A stretch of DNA of 64,000 bases from a virus, in IMG/VR virus record IMGVR_UViG_3300032322_001517, positions 1 to 64,000 of that record; one strand, 5' to 3'. This document shows positions 37,453-44,917 of the stretch, piece by piece. Below the pieces are notes generated by a model. That model was given only the letters and a program-made list of their open reading frames with translations. It did no database searches and had not been told where the DNA came from. How positions within the stretch are numbered: position 1 is the stretch's first letter; every line of letters starts with the position of its first letter. Made by a program: the position numbers and the translations under genes.

Positions 37453-37505
37453 AAATTACCTCCATACAAGTATTTATAAAAACTCAAATCTCAAACTCTA
37501 AACTC

Positions 37506-37582
37506 TGGTGCTGAAGATTGGCATCGAACCAATTTTAACTGGGGTATGAGTCCAGTGCGATAGCCAATACCGCCCCATCAGC
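37506..37582 (-). tRNA. tRNA-Met(CAT), divergent
   Basis: Loop CTCATAC, TTCGATG T loop, CCA; mismatches in stems. Confidence 0.78.
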
Positions 37583-37588
37583 ATATTA

Positions 37589-37675
37589 TGGTGGGTAGAG
37601 AAGGATTCGAACCTCCAACGCCTATAAGGAACGAATTTACAGTCCGTCGCAGTCCACCGTCTCTGCAGTCTACCC
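37589..37675 (-). tRNA. tRNA-Tyr(GTA)
   Basis: Loop CTGTAAA, long variable arm. Confidence 0.93.
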
Positions 37676-37687
37676 AAACTTTATACT

Positions 37688-37719
37688 CTTATATTACCCT
37701 AGACCGGAATTAAAGTCAA
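37688..37719 (-). promoter_or_regulatory. Conserved phage early promoter
   Basis: TTGACTTTAATTCCGGTCTAGGG-TAATAT-AAG. Confidence 0.8.
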
Positions 37720-37720
37720 C

Positions 37721-37796
37721 TGGTACCCACTCTTGGATTCGAACCAAGTCTTCAAGATCCACAATCTCGCGTGCTGACCAACAACACTAAGTGAGC
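37721..37796 (-). tRNA. tRNA-His(GTG), alphaproteobacterial type (no G-1, U72, A73)
   Basis: GCTCACT/AGTGGGT-A-CCA; loop TTGTGGA; -1 base is T. Confidence 0.93.
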
Positions 37797-37801
37797 ATAA
37801 C

Positions 37802-37878
37802 TGGTGCCCGTGGAGGGAGTCGAACCCCCAACACTCGGAGTTTGAAGCCGATGCCTCTGCCAATTGGACTACACGGGC
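37802..37878 (-). tRNA. tRNA-Leu(CAA), short variable arm
   Basis: Loop TTCAAAC, 5-nt variable region. Confidence 0.88.
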
Positions 37879-37883
37879 GAAAA

Positions 37884-37959
37884 TGGTGCTGCTGGAGAGG
37901 CTCGAACTCCCGACTTGCTGATTACTAATCAGCTACTCTACCAACTGAGTTACAGCAGC
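37884..37959 (-). tRNA. tRNA-Thr(AGT)
   Basis: GCTGA-TTAGTAA-TCAGC; body similar to tRNA-Thr(TGT) at 41445. Confidence 0.92.
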
Positions 37960-37963
37960 GATT

Positions 37964-38040
37964 TGGTGCCCCAGGTCAGATTCGAACTGACAACCTTCGG
38001 TTTCTAAGACCGACACCTCTACCAGTTGGGCTACAGGGGC
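37964..38040 (-). tRNA. tRNA-Leu(TAG), short variable arm
   Basis: TCGGT-CTTAGAA-ACCGA, 5-nt variable region. Confidence 0.92.
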
Positions 38041-39029
38041 TTGACTTTTTTCAATTCTGCAATTATTGCAGATGTTTTAGAACTTCTATCATTTTGCTCA
38101 GTGAGATTAGCTATCTCAATTTCTATCAAGTCATTCAAAATTCGAGGATCATAATTGTTCGAATTGGTGATCAACGTCTGAACTCTGTTTTCCATATTAC
38201 AAAATTCATATACAAGATGTTCAGAATATTCTCCGATCAAACCCTTTACAGTTTCTCGGCTAATGTCAAGATTATGTTTAAAGTATTTTGTTCCGTATAT
38301 AGAATGATACAGCCCAGCAAGTAAAACATCATCAGTAAGTTTTTGATTTTCTAAAATCATCATTGTATTAAATAAATGTTCGAAAAAAGATTTACCACTA
38401 TGTTTTATATTAGTAGTGTTGTTCTGAACAAATTTGACAGGTTCGCTAATAATTCTAGGATCAAATGTTTTAAAAACAAGAACTGTTCTAAGAACATTAC
38501 AAATTCTTGATAACGGACGAGCAGCATGGAGAACATCAGAATCAAAAACTAGAACCCTGCCATATTTAGGTAATATCGAAGCAGAAATTTCTTTATCATC
38601 ATCGAAAAGAACTGTTTCTCCACACCAATTAATATCCCATTCTTTGTTTAAATAAAGAATAACAGTTTCAGAAAGAGCCTTTTTTCCATGAATTACGTTG
38701 ATAGCTGAGTCATCAACATGAGCATAACCATCTGTGCCATAAGTATATCCATTAACATATACTCTCATTAATGCTCTATGGCCAATGCTTGCGCAAATAA
38801 TATTCCAAAGATCATTTATTTCTGTAGCACTACTCATCGTTGGCAATTTAGCTAGATCGCATGGAAACCTTTGAGAATTAGAAAATATTTTGCGATTCCA
38901 ATGACCTTGGTCGAATGTAAGATGAGTACTTGATTTCCAACCATATCTTAAACCAGTTTGGATATATTTTCTATTAACTACTTCTAATAAAAATAAATGT
39001 TCTTGATCAAGTTGAAAAGTGCCAATCAT
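38031..39029 (-). CDS. 2OG-Fe(II) oxygenase fused to a C-terminal HD-like (DUF6817-like) domain
   Basis: HVD, WCGET, LHAAR..R; C-terminal KHSGKSFFEHL..AGLYHSIYGT. Confidence 0.82.
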   Translation of the reverse strand: MIGTFQLDQEHLFLLEVVNRKYIQTGLRYGWKSSTHLTFDQGHWNRKIFSNSQRFPCDLAKLPTMSSATEINDLWNIICASIGHRALMRVYVNGYTYGTDGYAHVDDSAINVIHGKKALSETVILYLNKEWDINWCGETVLFDDDKEISASILPKYGRVLVFDSDVLHAARPLSRICNVLRTVLVFKTFDPRIISEPVKFVQNNTTNIKHSGKSFFEHLFNTMMILENQKLTDDVLLAGLYHSIYGTKYFKHNLDISRETVKGLIGEYSEHLVYEFCNMENRVQTLITNSNNYDPRILNDLIEIEIANLTEQNDRSSKTSAIIAELKKVKPL

Positions 39030-39048
39030 ATTATACTTCCTTTTATTA

Positions 39049-39123
39049 TGGAGCGGGTAGTCGGGATCGAACCGACGACCTTCACGTTGGCAACGTGACG
39101 CACTACCGCTGTGCTATACCCGC
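39049..39123 (-). tRNA. tRNA-Gly(GCC)
   Basis: TCACG-TTGCCAA-CGTGA. Confidence 0.95.
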
Positions 39124-39128
39124 ATTAA

Positions 39129-39205
39129 TGGTGATCAGGGAAGGACTCAAACCCTCAACCTTCGCGTTCGTAGCGCGATGCTCTATTCAGTTGAGCTACC
39201 TGATC
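39129..39205 (-). tRNA. tRNA-Arg(ACG)
   Basis: TCGCG-CTACGAA-CGCGA. Confidence 0.93.
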
Positions 39206-39364
39206 ATCGAAAGGATCAATACCCTTTCTGTAATACTTATTGTAAAAGAAAAGCTCTGCCATATCAGAAGGATATTCTTTAAACTTCTTACGCTCGGCAG
39301 AGCTTATATTGTCAAACCAATTCCAAAATTGTTTCTTGAACTCTGGCTTGTCGAATACGTCCAT
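39155..39364 (-). CDS. Hypothetical protein whose 3' end overlaps tRNA-Arg
   Basis: Coupled to upstream methyltransferase (TAATG). Confidence 0.6.
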   Translation of the reverse strand: MDVFDKPEFKKQFWNWFDNISSAERKKFKEYPSDMAELFFYNKYYRKGIDPFDDQVAQLNRASRYEREG

Positions 39365-39951
39365 TAGATATTAGAAAGGGTTTTATTTTGCTTGAAACAA
39401 AACCAGCAAGTGGAAGGTGTAACACCAACACTTTCATTGGCTAGATGCTCTGTAACAGCCTTTCTGATTCCAGGATATGGCTCAGCGAAATCATGTCCAC
39501 CAATAAGACCACCAACCTTTACCTTTGGGAACCACGCCTTTAGATCTCCAAGGAAAGACTTGTAGTCATGAGAAGCATCAATGAATACAAAGTCGAGAGA
39601 CTCATCTTCATAAAGGCTGGCTGACTCAGTGCTATCTCCCTTGATAGCAGTATAGAGACCTTCAACTGGCTTCATGTTATTGACGAACACTTCCATCAAC
39701 TTTCCTGCCTGGTTGTCTCTATCAAGCATCTGGCCAGGTTCAATAACAGAACCAGTGAAGTTGTCAATACAATCTAGCTTGATGTTCTTTCCACTGTTAA
39801 CAATTTCTACAGCAAGGAAGGCTGAACTCTGACCCTTCCAAGTTCCAATCTCAACAAAGTGAGCATCCTGCGGTGCAGTTTCTACTGCATATGCAAACAT
39901 GTCAGGGTAATTAAACCAACCTTCAACTGTGTGATAAAAATGATCCATCAA
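39364..39951 (-). CDS. Class I SAM-dependent methyltransferase (Methyltransf_24-like)
   Basis: VEIGTWKGQS, FIDASHDY, GGLIGGHD. Confidence 0.9.
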   Translation of the reverse strand: MMDHFYHTVEGWFNYPDMFAYAVETAPQDAHFVEIGTWKGQSSAFLAVEIVNSGKNIKLDCIDNFTGSVIEPGQMLDRDNQAGKLMEVFVNNMKPVEGLYTAIKGDSTESASLYEDESLDFVFIDASHDYKSFLGDLKAWFPKVKVGGLIGGHDFAEPYPGIRKAVTEHLANESVGVTPSTCWFCFKQNKTLSNI

Positions 39952-39960
39952 TCTCTCCTA

Positions 39961-40641
39961 TTAATCCGTATCCATAACAATGTCGCCAGAAACAGCAATT
40001 CGATAATCATCTGACGTATAGAACGGATTCACCGAATGACCCAAACCCTTGGGGAACACGCAAATAATTCCTTCGTATTCCTTATCAACAGGAACTGGGT
40101 GACTATGAACCTGACCCAAAATATCTGTGTAATAGAAGGTGAACATCGAAGCGCACTTATAAGTTGCGTTCGGGAATACTGCCATCTCATCTTCAATATT
40201 ATAAGGGATTTTGGTCCAAATAACAAACGAATAAACACCGCCATGAATATGATGAGGATGAAACTCATGCTTCTTCTGGAAGTTTGCCCATACATCCTTG
40301 AACTTGAACTTCCTAGGATGAGAAGCAACGTTCACGACCTGATTGATAAAGTGTGGTCGAGAATGGTGATCGTGCATTTGAATCAAGCTACAAATATAAT
40401 CCAACAGTACAGGAGCTAGTTCCTTTGTAAAATCAAATTCCTTAGCAATGTTAGCTGTTAGCTTGTACCCTGCTTCCATACCACCTTCAAAATCCTTGTC
40501 GACAAGGCTGTTAGTTACATCCCTAACCTTGGACATAATTTCTTCAGGAACACGATGGAATACTACACCGTTATTGGGGAACGTATAGAAAAGAGCTTGG
40601 TCGCCCTGTAAACTCGAAATTGCATCTGCCATTATTATCAC
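39961..40641 (-). CDS. 2OG-Fe(II) oxygenase
   Basis: WANFQKKHEFHPHHIH..SFVIW..FP..L.HSV.PF..RIAVSG. Confidence 0.85.
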   Translation of the reverse strand: MIIMADAISSLQGDQALFYTFPNNGVVFHRVPEEIMSKVRDVTNSLVDKDFEGGMEAGYKLTANIAKEFDFTKELAPVLLDYICSLIQMHDHHSRPHFINQVVNVASHPRKFKFKDVWANFQKKHEFHPHHIHGGVYSFVIWTKIPYNIEDEMAVFPNATYKCASMFTFYYTDILGQVHSHPVPVDKEYEGIICVFPKGLGHSVNPFYTSDDYRIAVSGDIVMDTD

Positions 40642-40663
40642 CTTTCATTATAGATATGTCTTA

Positions 40664-40837
40664 TCAGACATTATTATTTAGTAACATCTTTGATTCGTTA
40701 ATTTCTTTTAGATGTTCTTTCTTCAACTCACGCTCACGAAAGTCCAAACAAACACAACAACGACAACGCATGAGCTTGTATTTTTTGCCCTTCATATTAA
40801 CGTTACCAGCGTGATTTGCAACAGGACTTTTTGGCAT
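40664..40837 (-). CDS. Small Cys-rich protein (57 aa, not in ORF track)
   Basis: GAGGT RBS; MPKSPVANHAG...MRCRCCVCLDFRERE. Confidence 0.6.
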   Translation of the reverse strand: MPKSPVANHAGNVNMKGKKYKLMRCRCCVCLDFRERELKKEHLKEINESKMLLNNNV

Positions 40838-40848
40838 ATGATTACCTC

Positions 40849-40980
40849 TTAGAGATCATACAGAAGTCTTGCACCATAGTGTTGCAAAGCATCTGCGAAA
40901 AGAACAGCGTCGTAGTAAGATAGAAACTCCTGAACGAGATCACCAGTAACATCGTCAGGAATGACAACGATCCAACTCAT
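40849..40980 (-). CDS. Small hypothetical protein (43 aa, not in ORF track)
   Basis: AGGAAG RBS; MSWIVVIPDDVTGDLVQEF... Confidence 0.55.
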   Translation of the reverse strand: MSWIVVIPDDVTGDLVQEFLSYYDAVLFADALQHYGARLLYDL

Positions 40981-40998
40981 ATTCACTTCCTTTTGTTA

Positions 40999-41076
40999 TG
41001 GAGGGGAAAACGAGACTCGAACTCGCATTCGTAGGTTTTGCAGACCCTGCCGTAACCAATTCCGGCGCACTTCCCC
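40999..41076 (-). tRNA. tRNA-Cys(GCA)
   Basis: Loop CTGCAAA, U73-CCA. Confidence 0.9.
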
Positions 41077-41090
41077 TTATACATATTTAT

Positions 41091-41166
41091 TGGCTGGGGA
41101 TCAAGGACTCGAACCTCGGACATCCAGAGTCAGAGTCTGGCGTTCTACCAACTGAACTAATCCCCA
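41091..41166 (-). tRNA. tRNA-Gln(CTG)
   Basis: U1-A72, CCAGA-CTCTGAC-TCTGG. Confidence 0.94.
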
Positions 41167-41170
41167 ATAA

Positions 41171-41246
41171 TGGCGCAACTAACGAGTATCGATCTCGCCA
41201 AACCTGGATTGACAGTCCAGTGGGTTCACCTGCTCCCTCTAGTTGC
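41171..41246 (-). tRNA. tRNA-Asp(GTC)
   Basis: CTGGA-CTGTCAA-TCCAG, G73; T loop ATCGATA. Confidence 0.88.
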
Positions 41247-41251
41247 ATTAA

Positions 41252-41328
41252 TGGTTGCGAGAGGTTGGACTTGCACCAACGGTCTCCAGTTTATGAGACT
41301 GGCGAGATAGCTACTTCTCTACTCCGCA
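41252..41328 (-). tRNA. tRNA-Met(CAT), fMet-like, divergent
   Basis: CCAGT-CTCATAA-ACTGG, ends CGCAACCA, T loop TGCAAGT, bulged acceptor. Confidence 0.8.
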
Positions 41329-41332
41329 ATAA

Positions 41333-41444
41333 ATCTGTGGTGGGTTAATTGAGGTCCACCCACCTAAAACCTATCACCTTTGCATTATACCCACGCAGCG
41401 TGGACGACGCCTACCTATCGTCCGGTGACCCGACATTTCAGTTC
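41333..41444 (-). ncRNA. Structured intergenic RNA in tRNA cluster (unidentified)
   Basis: TCACC/GGTGA enclosing GGACGAT/GTCGTCC; GGTGGGT/ACCCACC hairpin. Confidence 0.5.
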
Positions 41445-41520
41445 TGGTGCTGCTGGAGAGAATCGAACTCCCGACCTGATCATTACAAGTGAACTGCTCT
41501 ACCAACTGAGCTACAACAGC
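41445..41520 (-). tRNA. tRNA-Thr(TGT)
   Basis: Loop CTTGTAA. Confidence 0.94.
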
Positions 41521-41527
41521 AAATCGT

Positions 41528-42124
41528 TTAAATATTATTGAATGATCGAGGAGCAACCTGACCGCCAGAAGCCTGACCATCCGGATAAAGATCAACTCCA
41601 CGTGCTACATCAACACAATTAGAAATCTCTGTGAGAGTCCTAGAAGAACCAGTCAAATCGATTTCTGCATTCTGAATTGAACCAGGCATCACAAAGAATA
41701 CCCTCGAGTTATTAGCGAACAATGGAATGAACTGTTCCTTGATAATATTTCGAATAACGATAGTGTTCTTATTGACTAGGCGATACTCAAAATTCAAACC
41801 AGAAATCTGACCAGAACGATTATGGAAATTCATACGCATACGGTAATTACCCGGAGGATCTGAAATATTCCATGTGTTATTACGCAAGAAGATATAAAGT
41901 TCACCATCAGCAAGATCACGGATCAACTGAAAACGAGAACCATCTCGCCAATTGATTTCTGCGTAACATGCAGGGTTATCATTCTTTTCAACGTTAGCAG
42001 TCACACCATAAACATAGTATGGACCTGGACGAACGTCAACATTAAAAAACTGTTGAGATGCTGCAAAAGCTGAACTCGTGAAAAGCATCGCAGCAAGTGT
42101 TCCACTAATAATCTTCTTCATCAT
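41528..42124 (-). CDS. Secreted/periplasmic hypothetical protein
   Basis: Start moved to MMKKII (AAAGGTGA RBS); signal peptide ending SAFA. Confidence 0.75.
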   Translation of the reverse strand: MMKKIISGTLAAMLFTSSAFAASQQFFNVDVRPGPYYVYGVTANVEKNDNPACYAEINWRDGSRFQLIRDLADGELYIFLRNNTWNISDPPGNYRMRMNFHNRSGQISGLNFEYRLVNKNTIVIRNIIKEQFIPLFANNSRVFFVMPGSIQNAEIDLTGSSRTLTEISNCVDVARGVDLYPDGQASGGQVAPRSFNNI

Positions 42125-42134
42125 TTTATTCACC

Positions 42135-42274
42135 TTTGCAGTAGTTAAAAGATATGGGCTAACCGTGGACCCACGCGAGCTTATTACGTAGCCACCCGAA
42201 GAGCTTGACACGCTATCGCCAACGACAGTCGATAGTAACGGACGATTTGAGTCGCTGTGTTGCCCGTGTCAACT
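42135..42274 (-). ncRNA. Structured RNA downstream of tRNA-Ala (unidentified)
   Basis: TTGACAC/GTGTCAA closing helix, two inner hairpins with complementary loops. Confidence 0.55.
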
Positions 42275-42350
42275 TGGTGGAGACATGCGGGATCGAACCG
42301 CAGACCTGAAGCTTGCAAAGCTACCGCTCTCCCAACTGAGCTATGTCCCC
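42275..42350 (-). tRNA. tRNA-Ala(TGC)
   Basis: G3.U70, loop TTTGCAA. Confidence 0.95.
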
Positions 42351-42354
42351 AATA

Positions 42355-42429
42355 TGGTAGTCCGTGACAGGGTTGAACTGCCGACCTTCTCCGTGTAAAG
42401 GAGTTGCTCTTCCACTGAGCTAACGGACC
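42355..42429 (-). tRNA. tRNA-Val(TAC)
   Basis: Loop TTTACAC. Confidence 0.94.
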
Positions 42430-42433
42430 AAAC

Positions 42434-42510
42434 TGGCTCGCATGGTAGGATTCGAACCTACAGTGGCCTGATTAACAGTCAGGTCCCGATACCAATTCGG
42501 GTTCATGCGA
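42434..42510 (-). tRNA. tRNA-Asn(GTT)
   Basis: CCTGA-CTGTTAA-TCAGG, G73. Confidence 0.93.
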
Positions 42511-42525
42511 ATGAACTTTATATTA

Positions 42526-42557
42526 CTTATATTACTCTAGACCGGAATTAAAGTCAA
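42526..42557 (-). promoter_or_regulatory. Conserved phage early promoter
   Basis: TTGACTTTAATTCCGGTCTAGAG-TAATAT-AAG. Confidence 0.8.
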
Positions 42558-44077
42558 TAATGTATTTTATTCCCAACAACCAACATATCGATGCTTTTTG
42601 AAGCGAATTCTTTTTCAGCCGAAGATATCTTACTAGCTATTGGCTTCCCCGAAACATTAAGACTAGTATTCAGCAACGCTGGGCATTCAGTAATTTTATA
42701 AAACTCTTCTAATATAGATCTCAAAGCAGTACCATTTTTAGAAACTGTTTGAACTCTACATGTACCATCAACATGAGTTACCGATGGAACCGATATCTTA
42801 GGTACTCCGACATATAGCATATATGGATTTTCATACATTAACCCAAAGCTATCTTTATGTTCTTCTAAAACAGAAGCACCAAATGGTCTGAAATATTCTC
42901 TATTCTTTATCTGATTGATAATATCTTTACCATTGGTAACTCTAGGATCAAAGAGTATAGATCTATTACCTAATGCTCTTGGACCTATTTCACCATTGCC
43001 TTGATAAAGAGCTACGACTGCACCATCAGCTAAATGTTTAGCAACTATTTTTGCATTTTCCATACTTAGAAAGTCTTTAGGAGCCTCATCAGTTGTGCTA
43101 AATGGGAAATTCTTCAACTTCATTTTAGGAAGATTGTATTTTCTCCTAAGCATTTCCATTGCACCAATAGATAAACCTTCATCTCCGCAATACGGAACTA
43201 CAACAAGATTAGGATATTTGTTTTTTAATAAAGTATTCCATATAACATTCTGCGCTACACCACCAGAATAACCTACACGATCATTTGGGGATACAAATTT
43301 ATCAAACAACTCTAAAACGATTTCCCCTGTTCTTTCGTGAACAGTTCGAACCCAATTTAATTTTTGTTGTTTCGATAAACTTTGGGTGTTTAGAAAATTT
43401 AAATAATTATCCATATTAAAGAGAGTGTCGCCACCAGATACCCTCTTTCTATAAAGAGCATTTACATTGTAAATATTATATTTTTGTAATACTTCAAGGT
43501 ATTCATAATCTATGTTACCGTAAGATTGTAAACCCATCAATTTTCCAGGTCTGTCGATAGGTCTTCCGGTATTACTAAGTTCGTCAAAGAGATATGAAAT
43601 ATATGTTATGCCATGACCTATAGATCCATAATCTTGAACAATACCTTTAGTTATTAATTCATCACCAAAGTATACATGCCAACAATCATTAACTAATCTA
43701 TCAGCAGAATCTCTGTACTGAGGTCCAGATCCATCTAACACAATATTTTTATCTACGTCATGCATAAAACAAACGCTCAATGCGTGAGCTAGATGATGAT
43801 TGATAGATGTTATGTTTTTATTGACGCCTGTATCAAGTAATAATTGATAGAGTAAACTGTCAACGACAACGATTTCATCCATATTTTGGAAAGATGTATT
43901 CCAGTATTTGGAAAAAATGCTATTAAAAAATGTTACACAAAGGTCAACATTAATCTTTTTAAGGCCAAAATGTTTAGAATCTAAAATTCTTTCCAACTTT
44001 AGATAATGTGTATTATCGCCATCAAAATAAGTAATATTTGTGTCGTGAGAATAACCACCAATAGATAATAATTTCAT
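42554..44077 (-). CDS. Carbamoyltransferase (NodU/CmcH family)
   Basis: HHLAHA, GKLMGLQSYG, SGGVAQN, GPRALGNRSIL, REYFRPF, LNTSLN. Confidence 0.92.
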   Translation of the reverse strand: MKLLSIGGYSHDTNITYFDGDNTHYLKLERILDSKHFGLKKINVDLCVTFFNSIFSKYWNTSFQNMDEIVVVDSLLYQLLLDTGVNKNITSINHHLAHALSVCFMHDVDKNIVLDGSGPQYRDSADRLVNDCWHVYFGDELITKGIVQDYGSIGHGITYISYLFDELSNTGRPIDRPGKLMGLQSYGNIDYEYLEVLQKYNIYNVNALYRKRVSGGDTLFNMDNYLNFLNTQSLSKQQKLNWVRTVHERTGEIVLELFDKFVSPNDRVGYSGGVAQNVIWNTLLKNKYPNLVVVPYCGDEGLSIGAMEMLRRKYNLPKMKLKNFPFSTTDEAPKDFLSMENAKIVAKHLADGAVVALYQGNGEIGPRALGNRSILFDPRVTNGKDIINQIKNREYFRPFGASVLEEHKDSFGLMYENPYMLYVGVPKISVPSVTHVDGTCRVQTVSKNGTALRSILEEFYKITECPALLNTSLNVSGKPIASKISSAEKEFASKSIDMLVVGNKIHY

Positions 44078-44106
44078 AAGTTATCCTATGTTTTTTATTA
44101 TTTATT

Positions 44107-44182
44107 TGGTAGACCGTGAGGGATTCGAACCCCCGTCAAGAGATTAAGAGTCTCCTGCTAAAACCAACTCAGCTAACGGTCC
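44107..44182 (-). tRNA. tRNA-Lys(CTT)
   Basis: Loop CTCTTAA. Confidence 0.93.
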
Positions 44183-44187
44183 GTGTT

Positions 44188-44265
44188 TGGTCCTCTGTAT
44201 CGGATTTGAACCGATGCTCTCCGCGCTTGAAAGGCGGGTATGTTTGACCGCTACACCAACAGAGG
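44188..44265 (-). tRNA. tRNA-Glu(TTC)
   Basis: Loop CTTTCAA. Confidence 0.9.
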
Positions 44266-44317
44266 AAATTCTAAGACCCGTAACTTGATGAGGCGCCAGC
44301 GGAGTCACGGGCGCAAA

Positions 44318-44391
44318 TGGTGCTTCTGGATGGTATCGATCCAACGTCTCTCGATTATCAGTCGAGTGCTCTACCTTTGAGCTACAGAAGC
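44318..44391 (-). tRNA. tRNA-Ile(GAT)
   Basis: CTCGA-CTGATAA-TCGAG; T loop ATCGATA. Confidence 0.92.
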
Positions 44392-44392
44392 A

Positions 44393-44468
44393 TGGTGCTT
44401 CGCCACGGAATCGAACCGCATCCTCTGGTTCTTCAGACCAGCGTACGCACCAGCTATACCAGCGAAGC
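44393..44468 (-). tRNA. tRNA-Phe(GAA)
   Basis: CTGGT-CTGAAGA-ACCAG. Confidence 0.92.
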
Positions 44469-44473
44469 ATTAA

Positions 44474-44556
44474 TGGAGGACTGGGTGGGACTCGAACCCA
44501 CGATGTTGTATAGCAGATTAAAAGTCTGCGCCGTTCGCCACTACGGTAACCAGTCC
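44474..44556 (-). tRNA. tRNA-Lys(TTT) with 11-nt variable region
   Basis: GCAGA-CTTTTAA-TCTGC, variable TATACAACATC, U73-CCA. Confidence 0.88.
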
Positions 44557-44627
44557 AATTTATGTGGCTTACGACTTAACACAGACTACATCCATCGACT
44601 TTCGTCTTTGGCTATACACATCAATCT

Positions 44628-44703
44628 TGGCTCGGGGTGATGGGCTCGAACCACCAACACACAGATTCAAAGTCTGTAGTTCTACCAATTGAACTAACCC
44701 CGA
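44628..44703 (-). tRNA. tRNA-Gln(TTG)
   Basis: ACAGA-CTTTGAA-TCTGT. Confidence 0.94.
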
Positions 44704-44705
44704 AT

Positions 44706-44868
44706 GTTGTTTCTACATAAACACTACATGTAGCCTAATTTTGGAGTCGGTTGCAGCCGTCCTTAGCTTCTGGCTCTGGTTATATCAGGACTGGAAAGAA
44801 GCCTTACCAGCCCGCCTAGATCGTGCGTCCACGAACGCTACCCAGTGCAGTGTTTATGAAGAAACAAC
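44706..44868 (-). ncRNA. About 165-nt structured RNA at head of tRNA operon (unidentified)
   Basis: About 22-bp terminal helix GTTGTTTCT-T-CATAAACACTGCA / TGTAGTGTTTATG-T-AGAAACAAC; inner hairpins and possible pseudoknot. Confidence 0.65.
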
Positions 44869-44917
44869 CTTTCGATTGTTTCTAATTTCTAACGATATCA
44901 AACAGCAACTTATATTC

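Noticed and set aside
41333-42274. HDV-like (theta) ribozymes or two-piece tmRNA in the tRNA-adjacent structured spacers
   Set aside because: TCCACG resembles an HDV L3 loop, but P1/P2/P3 nesting could not be completed. No tmRNA acceptor ends or tag reading frame were found.
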